Part shown: positions 50,627 through 59,457 of the stretch, piece after piece
Position numbering within the stretch: the first letter of the stretch is position 1
How the letters are laid out: the number at the start of each line of letters is the position of its first letter
DNA from: Candidatus Margulisiibacteriota bacterium
Lineage (GTDB): Bacteria > Margulisbacteria > Marinamargulisbacteria > JBFWNS01
DNA: 64,000 bases
Direction of reading: 5' to 3'
Assembly (NCBI GenBank): GCA_050250935.1
Contig: JBFWNS010000002.1
Span: 225,673 to 289,672 of the forward strand
Notes under the pieces: model-generated
What the model was told of the DNA's origin: nothing
Seen by the model: the letters and a program-made list of their open reading frames with translations, nothing else
Database searches by the model: none
Made by a program: the position numbers and the translations under genes

Positions 50627-50826
50627 GCTTTAGTGTTTTCCTCAATCCATCGATCAATATCTTTTTTACGAAAGCGCCATGTCCCACCTATTTTAAATCC
50701 TGGAATTTTACCGCTAGCTGCTAATCGATAAGCTGTTTTTTCATTAAGTTTTAAATATGCAGCGACATCCTTAACAGTAAGGATATCCGTATCAATTGGT
50801 GGGTTATGACTCTTCTTTTTAGGCAT
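50623..50826 (-). CDS. Excisionase-type HTH DNA-binding protein
   Basis: LTVKDVAAYLKL..KTAYRL..GKIPGFKIGGTWRF. Confidence 0.88.
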   Translation of the reverse strand: MPKKKSHNPPIDTDILTVKDVAAYLKLNEKTAYRLAASGKIPGFKIGGTWRFRKKDIDRWIEENTKA

Positions 50827-51047
50827 ATTTGAGAATTTACAGGAAAATTAAGGAATAATCAATTTTGCGGGGTTCCCAACTCTAAATTCACCTAACTAAA
50901 AAGAGTATGTGCAAAAATTGCACCAACCGATTGGCAGATGAATTTGGCTACAGTCTCTGTTAGATTCCAATGCAATTAAAAATCAAACAACTCTAAATAA
51001 AGGCGACCGATTCCCAACGAAATAAGTTCTAATCTGGCTTAAGTAGG

Positions 51048-51148
51048 TCCACCAAATTAAGCTGTGCTTAATTTGGTGGAAGGATTTGAATCACAAAAAT
51101 GCCATTTTTGTGGGTCGTTGGTTGAAACAAGTTCAACCATCTCCCGCT
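51048..51148 (+). repeat. att repeat followed by the three-hairpin element (original tmRNA 3' flank)
   Basis: TCCACCAAATTAAGC-TGT-GCTTAATTTGGTGGA perfect 15 bp stem, then a core shared with 4442-4470. Confidence 0.75.
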
Positions 51149-51357
51149 GCGCGGCTTTGGGTGGGCGGACACGGGTAGGGGTTATGGGTTTTGGCAATGG
51201 ATTTGTTTAACCCTTATCCGACCACACCGCCATCTCTTGACCAGAAGGGATCTTGAAATGAAAGCGTCTTCCGCCAGGGAACTGAAAAATTTTTCGGACA
51301 ATGGGGCGCAGGCTTCTTTGATGTCGTGGTAGACCTGGCATTTAATCAAAAATAATT

Positions 51358-51386
51358 TGCAATTTACTCTCTATTATTGCGACAAT
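51358..51386 (+). promoter_or_regulatory. Shared promoter-like motif TGCAATT-N14-GCGACAAT
   Basis: Upstream of the orphan ORF (TTG 51419); exact spacing match. Confidence 0.55.
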
Positions 51387-51418
51387 TATTTAACACCCCT
51401 AAAGAAAGAAGACTGACT

Positions 51419-52552
51419 TTGAACACCCAATCAAGCCGTTTTATTCAAAAAAAACACATTGCTACTCCCGATACTGCTCTTACTATCGATAGCCCCCCAA
51501 AAAACACCCCTCTTTTGAATGAACCTATTCCATACAACCTTCTTTTGGACACCGTTTTTAACAGAGGACTTTCAGCTTTTTTACGGGAAATGTTACCCCA
51601 ATTGAATACACTTTCTTTAGAAAGATCGTTGTTTGCACATAGCCTCCAAACCCCTTTGATTAATGCTTTAACCCTTGCCTTTTCTCGACAGGCCTATGCT
51701 GACCTTGAAAAGGCAGATCGAATTCGGGCCCATGCAGCTGGGCAGTTTATCATCAGACACTGTGCAGAGCTGGGGGACTTATTTACAAAAAAGCCCTCTG
51801 AGCCGGAACTAACTGAATTCTTAGAAGGCCTCTTACAACGACATAAGGTCACAACGTTTTCTGTGGGTGATTTACAAAGAGCACTGAGCGCCTTTAGGAC
51901 AACAGCCCAAGGGCTGGAACCTTCTTTACTGCAATTCGTGGATGCAAGCCACCGTCATCCTGATGTTGCAACCCCAGATGTTGCCGCAGCGACTGCTATT
52001 CGGAACGATTTTCCAGCAAACTCGCGCTATACCAGTAACCATCAATATTCAACTAGAGAAGTTGCACGTTCTTTGGCCGAACTCTATTGGGTTTCTCAAA
52101 CTTTTCCTGGTGAAGCTCAGGCTCTGATCTTGGAAACAGTTGAAAATTTTATAGATCGAAGAAAAACTGAAATTGACCGAGAGCGTGGCGGCTATAGCAT
52201 TAGAAGCGAACGTAGCGCCTCAAATTGTCGGGAAAAACTACAAAACGTTGTCAACGCACTCAGAAGCAGCACTGTAGAGGATCGTATTTTCAATGCTGTT
52301 TTAGCCGAAATGAATCATCCCAACACCCTTGCTGCCGTTAACAAGCAAATCACAGATTTCAACAAGTATTTTGACACGACGGAGCCCGCTGTTAAGCCTT
52401 TTTCAGCTTCCATGGTTTCTCGTTTCACCCATGCCACATTGGGGGTTAGGGACTCCGCCACAGAAATTCTATCTCGATTGTCCCGTACAGCCTCTTCCGT
52501 TTCAGCGGCATTGGCTAGAGTCGTTCAAAGACTCTCGTTTTTTCGCAGATAA
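51419..52552 (+). CDS. Hypothetical helical protein
   Basis: Long ORF, no recognised domain; start placed at TTG after a purine-rich RBS. Confidence 0.65.
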   Translation: MNTQSSRFIQKKHIATPDTALTIDSPPKNTPLLNEPIPYNLLLDTVFNRGLSAFLREMLPQLNTLSLERSLFAHSLQTPLINALTLAFSRQAYADLEKADRIRAHAAGQFIIRHCAELGDLFTKKPSEPELTEFLEGLLQRHKVTTFSVGDLQRALSAFRTTAQGLEPSLLQFVDASHRHPDVATPDVAAATAIRNDFPANSRYTSNHQYSTREVARSLAELYWVSQTFPGEAQALILETVENFIDRRKTEIDRERGGYSIRSERSASNCREKLQNVVNALRSSTVEDRIFNAVLAEMNHPNTLAAVNKQITDFNKYFDTTEPAVKPFSASMVSRFTHATLGVRDSATEILSRLSRTASSVSAALARVVQRLSFFRR

Positions 52553-52556
52553 GCCC

Positions 52557-54272
52557 CTATAACCGATAAATAAAATCGCAGTTTTTGAGTGTGGCTTCGC
52601 GGTGGGAGATGATGATGAGGGTTTTTTTGCCCTGCAACCTTGCAATGGCGTTCATGATTTCGGCTTCGGTTTCGGAATCCAGGGCCGAGGTGGCTTCGTC
52701 CATGATGATGACATTGCGTTGGTGATAAAACGCCCGGGCCAAGGCCACGCGTTGTCGCTGGCCCCCCGACAATTTGATGCCATTTTCGCCCAGCATCGTC
52801 TCTAGGCCCTGGGGCAAATTTTCGACGACCCTGTCTAGCCAGGCCAACCGGATAGCCTCTTGTAGTCTTTGGAGATCCACAGCCTCTGGGTCCTGTCCAA
52901 AAACGATATTGGCCTTTACCGTGTCTTCCAACAGAAAAATGTCTTGGGGGATATAGGCGATTTGGCGTAACCAATAGGCCGAATGGGTAGGAAGATCGCG
53001 ACCATTGACCTCGATTTTTCCAGCGGTTGGGGCCAACAATCCAATCAATACATTAATCAGGGTTGTTTTACCCGCACCGGTTTCTCCCACAATGCCTACA
53101 CATTGGCCAGCCAAAATCTCGAGGTTGATGTGTTGGAGGGCTGCTGTTTTGGCTTCGGGATATATAAAAGATACGTCTTTAAACGCAACTTGCCTGAAAG
53201 ATCCCCAATCGACATCTGGCGACGCTGATTTTTTACTGTGCTTTATTTGAGCAATTCGGTTTAATTCGTCGTAGATGGCTGTTACGGTGTAGGCGGCATA
53301 GGTCATTTGACCGCTATAGGTTAGGGCTTGATTCACCAGAGGCATCATTCTGGCCCCCGAAACGGCAAACAAACCGATCAGCGGCACCACGCTTTCTGGC
53401 GAATACCCCAGGGTTAACAGTGCAGCCGATAATCCAACCAAAAAAACCACCAAAACCAGTTCCACCAAATACCTGGGCATCGATTGATAAATGGCAAATT
53501 TGGCTTGGGTTTGGGTTATGCTTTGGGAGGTTGTGTGCAGTTGGTTAATAAAAAAATCTTCTTTTTGAAGCACTTTGATTTCTTTATACCCATAAAAAAA
53601 CTCCCTTAATTGCCTAAACAAGTACACATTGGTGTGGTAATTGGTTTTGGAAAGACCTTGAATGCGGCTTTTCAGAAATCGGGAATACAGCCCATAAAAA
53701 GCGGACAGCACAATCAACAACATCGCTGTGGCCATAAAATGGGTAAAAAACAGCAGCCCAGAAATGGTTAGAATGCTGACCAGGTTTGCCAAAAAATGCA
53801 GTCCAGCCAAGACATAGTACTGGGAATAATTGCCCAGCTGCGGCCCCAAAAGGTTCGAAATCGTGGCCGAAGACCGGTTTAAAATGAACAGATAATCAAC
53901 ATCTTGATAAAAAGAGAGCAAATGCAGCCGAAGCCGATGTTCTTGGCGGGTGCTAAATTGGGCAAGTTTGCGATTTTGATAGGTCCCAACCAAAACCTTA
54001 ACCGAAAAAACCACTAAGATGCTGAATGCCGACACCGTCATCAGGGTGTGGGCAGAAAGGGAGTTGGCTTGAAGAACAGCCCAAAAAAAATGTGGCAAAT
54101 GGGCTAGAATCAGTTGCGGATCCAGTAAGATTGAAATAAAAACCGCTAGCAATCCAACGCTGGCCATATCCAATAGCGAGGAAAAGAAAATCAAAAGCAC
54201 CAAAAAAATTAGGTTCCTTTTGGCCCCACTATCCCTTAAAAGCCCGGTGTATTCAGCGACAAATTTCTTCAA
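52557..54272 (-). CDS. ABC exporter (fused permease-ATPase), probable glycan flippase
   Basis: TM domain plus GETGAGKT, LSGGQRQR, DEATSALD; next to glycosyltransferases. Confidence 0.88.
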   Translation of the reverse strand: MKKFVAEYTGLLRDSGAKRNLIFLVLLIFFSSLLDMASVGLLAVFISILLDPQLILAHLPHFFWAVLQANSLSAHTLMTVSAFSILVVFSVKVLVGTYQNRKLAQFSTRQEHRLRLHLLSFYQDVDYLFILNRSSATISNLLGPQLGNYSQYYVLAGLHFLANLVSILTISGLLFFTHFMATAMLLIVLSAFYGLYSRFLKSRIQGLSKTNYHTNVYLFRQLREFFYGYKEIKVLQKEDFFINQLHTTSQSITQTQAKFAIYQSMPRYLVELVLVVFLVGLSAALLTLGYSPESVVPLIGLFAVSGARMMPLVNQALTYSGQMTYAAYTVTAIYDELNRIAQIKHSKKSASPDVDWGSFRQVAFKDVSFIYPEAKTAALQHINLEILAGQCVGIVGETGAGKTTLINVLIGLLAPTAGKIEVNGRDLPTHSAYWLRQIAYIPQDIFLLEDTVKANIVFGQDPEAVDLQRLQEAIRLAWLDRVVENLPQGLETMLGENGIKLSGGQRQRVALARAFYHQRNVIIMDEATSALDSETEAEIMNAIARLQGKKTLIIISHREATLKNCDFIYRL

Positions 54273-54339
54273 TTTTTACCCTTAACTGCTTTCGAATTAA
54301 CCTACCATGCATTGTCTTGGAAATAAAAGCGTTTCATAA

Positions 54340-55302
54340 TTGGCACTTATGAAAACTCCCCAACCCCCTGTTTCTGCAGAAAATACAGCCATAGTCTTTC
54401 TTTTTGGGGGGCGAACCTATGTGGAAACGCCAGAGCGTCAGCAGCTTTTTTTGGGGGCATTAAAAAGCCTTCGCAGCCCCGAATTTGGGGCCTGGCGTGG
54501 CTCGGTTTTGGTGCTTACAGACCATCCCAAACTTGTCCGAAACCTGCTGGAGGCCAATGCCGCTCTCCTGCCCAACCTGGATCTGAGTCTCTACACGGTC
54601 AAAACCGTTCCTTTACATGCCATGGGCTATAAAGTGGTTAAAACCGATATTCCCAGCTGTATGGAATTGGAGAATCGGTCTCGAGAAATCCAGGGTTTGT
54701 CAGAGTTGCATTACGCGCTTTATGTCGATGTTGATATTTTTACCCTATGCCCAGTTCAAGGGTTTATCGATTACTTGACTACGCATTACCGCGGCGAAGA
54801 ATTTATCTGTTTTGAACAACCCAATGTTCCCCGGCAAGTTCTTCATGGCGGCTTATGGTGTGTGCATTACAAACAGTCCCGGCGCTTTTTGGACCAATGG
54901 CGTTCGGCCATGCATCGCTGCCAATGGTTTCGCATTTCGTTGGACCAAATTGCCTTGGCCAATGTTATCGAGTCTCGTGGCGGGCGAGCCCAGCTGTCGG
55001 AATTTGTCCATTTGCTTCCTTTTGGGGATCTTTACCCCTATGTTTTGGATGGAGACGATTGGCGCCGGGGCATTTTTATTCACCTTAACCGACGTCTGTG
55101 GGCGGGAAGCCCAGACGAAGCTGTGCACCAAGAACTGCTTCAGGCATTGGGGTTGATTGCCTTTCATCCTATTCCCCCATCTTGGCTATCCAGGGCCGTG
55201 ATAACCCCCTTTTACAGGGTGCTCGATCGGATAGACCGCAACATTGCAAAGTTATGGCAGGGCTTTTATTATGTGCGCAGAAAATTGGGGTTTTCCGTCT
55301 AA
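54340..55302 (+). CDS. Putative GT-A fold glycosyltransferase-like protein
   Basis: VLTD, YVDVD, HGG, DQ motifs; divergent. Confidence 0.5.
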   Translation: MALMKTPQPPVSAENTAIVFLFGGRTYVETPERQQLFLGALKSLRSPEFGAWRGSVLVLTDHPKLVRNLLEANAALLPNLDLSLYTVKTVPLHAMGYKVVKTDIPSCMELENRSREIQGLSELHYALYVDVDIFTLCPVQGFIDYLTTHYRGEEFICFEQPNVPRQVLHGGLWCVHYKQSRRFLDQWRSAMHRCQWFRISLDQIALANVIESRGGRAQLSEFVHLLPFGDLYPYVLDGDDWRRGIFIHLNRRLWAGSPDEAVHQELLQALGLIAFHPIPPSWLSRAVITPFYRVLDRIDRNIAKLWQGFYYVRRKLGFSV

Positions 55303-56397
55303 ATGAAGATTAATATTGTTAACTATGAGTTAGGGAATGATAACCCTTGGATCTTGGGCAAGTTTTCCACAGAACTTGAAAAGCACTTAAAACGCCTGGG
55401 TTACGAGACTGTGGTAACGGGAAAACCAGATCCGCAATACGACGTTAATCATCACATCATTTATAGTGGCTACGAGAATGGGGGTGATTCAATCCATACC
55501 CTCATGATTACCCATATTGATTACGTGGCCAAAGCCTTTTCCATTAAAGAAAAAATGCGTCACGCCAATCTTGGCATTTGTATGTCCAAAGAAACCATGG
55601 ACAGGCTCGTAGGCATTGGCATTCCAAAAGAAAAACTGTACTACATCAGCCCAGCGCACAACGACCTTATTGAACCCAAAAAATGGGTGATTGGACTTAC
55701 CGCACGGTTGTATATGAACGACCTAAAACGTGAGTCTTTTTTGGTTAGACTCTCGGCAGAACTCGACCCAACTTGTTTTAAATTTGTCATTATGGGCGAC
55801 GGTTGGTGGCAAGTAATTTTAAAACTTAAAAAACGGGGCTTCGAGGTCGACTATTATCCAGAATTTATACTTGAAACCTATACCACCTTGTTTAAGCAGA
55901 TGGACTATTACCTGTATATGGGAGAAGACGAGGGGTCGATGGGGTTTGTGGATGCTGTGCACAGTGGGGTTAAAACCATTGCCACAGCCCAGGGATTTCA
56001 TTTGGATGCCAGGCTAGGATTGACCCATGGCTTTCAAACTTTCGAGGACCTGTCTTCGATTTTTCAACATTTGCAAACAGAACTCCAAACACGGCGTTCG
56101 GCTGTTCAACACTGGACTTGGGAACAGTATGCCCGCAAACACCTTGCGCTTTGGCACTATCTGAGCCAGACGCCACCCCTGGATGTACCCGGCGACGATG
56201 GCCTGCAAAGTTTGATCTCGGTTTACGAAAACCCCGTCTCCAAGCAAGATGCCTGGCGCGCCATCATCAAAACCGATTTTAGGTTGCTCTTGGCGAATTG
56301 GCGAACCTATCCCCTTCGGGTGTTAAGGCGATTAATACCCCGACCCATTGTGACTTATTTAAAGCAGCGCATTCAGAATAAAGTGAACTCGTTGTGA
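55303..56397 (+). CDS. Putative GT-B glycosyltransferase
   Basis: FVIMGDGW, EDEGSMGFVDA, WTWEQYA; locus context. Confidence 0.6.
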   Translation: MKINIVNYELGNDNPWILGKFSTELEKHLKRLGYETVVTGKPDPQYDVNHHIIYSGYENGGDSIHTLMITHIDYVAKAFSIKEKMRHANLGICMSKETMDRLVGIGIPKEKLYYISPAHNDLIEPKKWVIGLTARLYMNDLKRESFLVRLSAELDPTCFKFVIMGDGWWQVILKLKKRGFEVDYYPEFILETYTTLFKQMDYYLYMGEDEGSMGFVDAVHSGVKTIATAQGFHLDARLGLTHGFQTFEDLSSIFQHLQTELQTRRSAVQHWTWEQYARKHLALWHYLSQTPPLDVPGDDGLQSLISVYENPVSKQDAWRAIIKTDFRLLLANWRTYPLRVLRRLIPRPIVTYLKQRIQNKVNSL

Positions 56398-57242
56398 TTA
56401 AAGATTTTTTGACAAAGCGCAAACGGAATCACCTCGCTACCGAAATGGGACTGCGCTTTTCTAGGGCTACCCTTACTTCGGCGCGGCGGAAACTGGATGC
56501 CACAAATCCCACCAGTTGGGAATTCGCTGGATTTTGCCAAAACCAAGAAGATGGCATATCCGACTATCTCTTGTCCCAATTAAAACAGAAGAATAGGTAT
56601 TTTATAGAAATCGGGTCTTCGAATGGCTTGGAAAACAATACGGCCTGGCTCGCCTTTGGCCTCAAATACAGTGGTCTTATGGTCGAGGGGAGCGAAGCCC
56701 TTGTTCGAGACGCCCAAACCCACTTGCGTCCCTACAATTGGGGGGTTAAATACCTGCCTTTGTTTGTAACCCAGTCCACTGCTCAAAACATTGTCGATGC
56801 CGCCTTGTTCAAAGATCCCGATTTTTTCTCTTTGGATATTGATGGCAATGACTATTACATCTTAAAAACGATGATGACCCAGGGATTAAGACCCAAAATT
56901 ATCGTGGTGGAATACAACGCAGCTTTTGGGCCAGATGCGGCGCTAACCATTCCCTATGACGATCGGTTTTCGTATCAAAAAGCCCATGCCAGTGAGTGTT
57001 ATTTTGGGGTATCCATTTCGGCTTGGCGGCAACTGCTCGAAGCTGCCGGCTATGCCTTTGTCACGGTTGAATCCAATGGGGTTAACGCCTTTTTTATAGA
57101 CAAAGCCTGCTTCGAACCCCACTTTATTTCTGCCTTAAAAGGGCTTGCCTTTGCAGAAAATTTTGCCCTCCGCCGCAAACATGGCTTGGGCTGGGAAACC
57201 CATTTTCAACTTGTCAAAGACATGCCGTATGTAAGGCTATGA
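56394..57242 (+). CDS. FkbM-like methyltransferase
   Basis: QNQEDGI, FIEIG, SLDIDGNDY, VVEYN, GVNAFF. Confidence 0.7.
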   Translation: MIKDFLTKRKRNHLATEMGLRFSRATLTSARRKLDATNPTSWEFAGFCQNQEDGISDYLLSQLKQKNRYFIEIGSSNGLENNTAWLAFGLKYSGLMVEGSEALVRDAQTHLRPYNWGVKYLPLFVTQSTAQNIVDAALFKDPDFFSLDIDGNDYYILKTMMTQGLRPKIIVVEYNAAFGPDAALTIPYDDRFSYQKAHASECYFGVSISAWRQLLEAAGYAFVTVESNGVNAFFIDKACFEPHFISALKGLAFAENFALRRKHGLGWETHFQLVKDMPYVRL

Positions 57243-57258
57243 GACAGGGTATTTAGGG

Positions 57259-58269
57259 GTGTTTTTATCGGTCATTGTTCCAACTCAAAACAGGGCTCGG
57301 TTATTGGACCCCATGTTGGCCTCTTTGTTAACCCAAACCTATCCTGACAGCCAATTCGAAGTCATTGTTGTCGACAATGGCTCTAGCGACGATACGCAAG
57401 CGGTCTGCAGCAACTATGCAGAAAAAATCACCAACTTTCGTACGATTTATGCCCCCGCTCCGGGCTTGCATGTGGGTCGGCATACCGGGCTTTATGCGGC
57501 AAAAGGCGACATTTTGGTGTATGCCGATGACGATATCGTTGCCCTTCCAACCTGGTTGGAAGGTATTTACGAATCCTTTTTGAACCGACCAGAGGTTGCC
57601 TTGGTCGGCGGAAAAAATAATCCAGACTTTGAAACCCCGCCGCCACTATGGGTCAAACAATTGTGGTCCGAACACAATGGACAGCGGTCTTGCGCCCTGT
57701 TTAGCATTGTAGATCTTGGGGACGACATTTTAGAGGTATCGCCATTTGTGGTTTGGGGCTGTAACTTTTCAATTCGAAAATCGGTTTTGCTGCGCATCGG
57801 CGGCTTTAACCCGGACGGCATGCCCAAAGATTGGATGCAGTATCGCGGGGATGGCGAAAGCGCCGTATGCCGGGGTGTTTTGTCCTTAGGCTATAAAACC
57901 CTTTACAACCCCAAAGCATCGGTAAACCATTTTGTTTCGACCCAACGCATGACTTTTGATTATCTGTACGAACGCGGTATTCGTTCCGGGGTCTCGGCAT
58001 CGTATTTTAGAATTCGAACCCAAGGCAAACTGCCCTTTTGGCATGCCTATTTTTTATTTAAGGCCACTTTTAGTACCTGGATAGCCTGGACAAAAACAGG
58101 TCTAAAAGATCAAAAAAAACAGGTCCTCAAGGCTTATCAAAGTGGCTTTTTGGCAGGCTACTGGTTCCATGTTAACGCTGTGAAAAAAGACCCAGAATTG
58201 TTAAAGTGGGTTTTAAAAGAATGCTATTTAGACCCCCCAACACCCTCCCAAAGGACACTTGATGATTGA
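57259..58269 (+). CDS. Glycosyltransferase family 2
   Basis: SVIVPT, VVDNGSSD, YADDD, GCNFSIRK. Confidence 0.92.
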   Translation: MFLSVIVPTQNRARLLDPMLASLLTQTYPDSQFEVIVVDNGSSDDTQAVCSNYAEKITNFRTIYAPAPGLHVGRHTGLYAAKGDILVYADDDIVALPTWLEGIYESFLNRPEVALVGGKNNPDFETPPPLWVKQLWSEHNGQRSCALFSIVDLGDDILEVSPFVVWGCNFSIRKSVLLRIGGFNPDGMPKDWMQYRGDGESAVCRGVLSLGYKTLYNPKASVNHFVSTQRMTFDYLYERGIRSGVSASYFRIRTQGKLPFWHAYFLFKATFSTWIAWTKTGLKDQKKQVLKAYQSGFLAGYWFHVNAVKKDPELLKWVLKECYLDPPTPSQRTLDD

Positions 58270-58699
58270 AACTGTAAGCTTTGATGGGCAAGACTATGCC
58301 CTGATTTTGCGCACCCACTATCACGCAGAAGGCATCCAATTTTTTACGCCAGAGCACGCTGCCTTTCAACTGGGATACATGAACCGACCCAAATCGCATC
58401 GCATTACACCCCACTCTCACAACCCCGTCCGTCGTGAAATCCACGAGACCATGGAAGTGTTGTGGATTAAATCAGGCAAAGTTCGGGTGGATTTTTATAA
58501 CGAAGCACAACGCTATTTGCAAAGCCGAATTCTGGAACAAGGCGATGTTGTTTTGCTGACTTTTGGCAGCCATGGGTTTGAAATGCTCGAGGCCAGCGAA
58601 ATGATCGAAGTCAAACAAGGTCCCTTTGTAGGCGTCCAAGATAAAACCACCTTTACCCCTACCCTACCCGAAACACTTGATTTTGGAACCCCTTCATGA
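58262..58699 (+). CDS. Cupin-fold sugar-modification protein
   Basis: PHSH, EVL, GKVRVDFY, GSHGF, EVKQGP. Confidence 0.7.
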   Translation: MIETVSFDGQDYALILRTHYHAEGIQFFTPEHAAFQLGYMNRPKSHRITPHSHNPVRREIHETMEVLWIKSGKVRVDFYNEAQRYLQSRILEQGDVVLLTFGSHGFEMLEASEMIEVKQGPFVGVQDKTTFTPTLPETLDFGTPS

Positions 58700-59457
58700 C
58701 CCATAAAGCCCCTGTTTTTCAGGACTATGCCTTGTACTATCAAGCGCTGTATCAAGACAAAGATTACGATGCTGAAGTCGGCTATGTGGATGGACTGTTA
58801 ACCCGATGGGGCGTTTTGGGAAAACAAGTGCTAGAGCTGGGTTCGGGCAATGGTATCCATGGACAACATCTTGCCAAACGGGGCTACAAGGTTCATGGCA
58901 TCGAGCGCAGCGAAGCGATGTTGGGCCAGGCACAACCCACCCAGGGGTTTACTTGCGAATGCGGGGATATCCGCGACATTTCGCTTGGCCGATCGTTTGA
59001 TGTGGTATTGGCTTTGTTTCATGTTATGAGCTATCAAGTTCAAAACGAGGACATCGCAGCCGTTTTTGAACGGGTCCAAGAGCATCTGAATCCAGGTGGA
59101 CTTTTTATATTTGATGTTTGGTATAGCCCCGCCGTTTTGACACAAGGGGCGGATGTTCGACTCAAGACCATGTCTTTGGACACCCTCGAACTCTCGAGAA
59201 TTGCTGAACCCCACTGTTATCCCAATGAAAATCGGATTGATGTTCACTACACGGTTTTTGTCCAAGACCGTGCTAAACAAGACTGTAGGGTTTTAAAAGA
59301 AACCCATGCCATGCGCCATTTTTCGTTGCCTGAATTGGATTTATGGGCTTCCCATTATGGCTTCGAAAGGGTGGCTGCCGAAGAATTTTTGTCTGGGCAA
59401 GATCCCAGCGAACACACCTGGGGTGTTTGTGTCGTCTTGCGAAAGGAAACTAAATGA
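58696..59457 (+). CDS. SAM-dependent (NDP-sugar) methyltransferase
   Basis: YQDKDY, VLELGSGNG, LFHVMSY, GGLFIFDVW. Confidence 0.85.
   Translation: MTHKAPVFQDYALYYQALYQDKDYDAEVGYVDGLLTRWGVLGKQVLELGSGNGIHGQHLAKRGYKVHGIERSEAMLGQAQPTQGFTCECGDIRDISLGRSFDVVLALFHVMSYQVQNEDIAAVFERVQEHLNPGGLFIFDVWYSPAVLTQGADVRLKTMSLDTLELSRIAEPHCYPNENRIDVHYTVFVQDRAKQDCRVLKETHAMRHFSLPELDLWASHYGFERVAAEEFLSGQDPSEHTWGVCVVLRKETK

Larger units (their letters stand above)
34246..51054. mobile_element. Genomic (defence) island integrated at the tmRNA 3' end
   Basis: TCCACCA direct repeat at 34246-34252 and 51048-51054, recombinase abutting ssrA, AT-richer composition, tRNA-type 3' flank reappearing after 51054. Confidence 0.85.

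Noticed and set aside
34246..51054. Prophage interpretation of the island
   Set aside because: No capsid, terminase, tail or lysis genes.
51207..51341. 44 aa minus-strand ORF (MPGLPRHQR...)
   Set aside because: No clear RBS or motif; too short to support.
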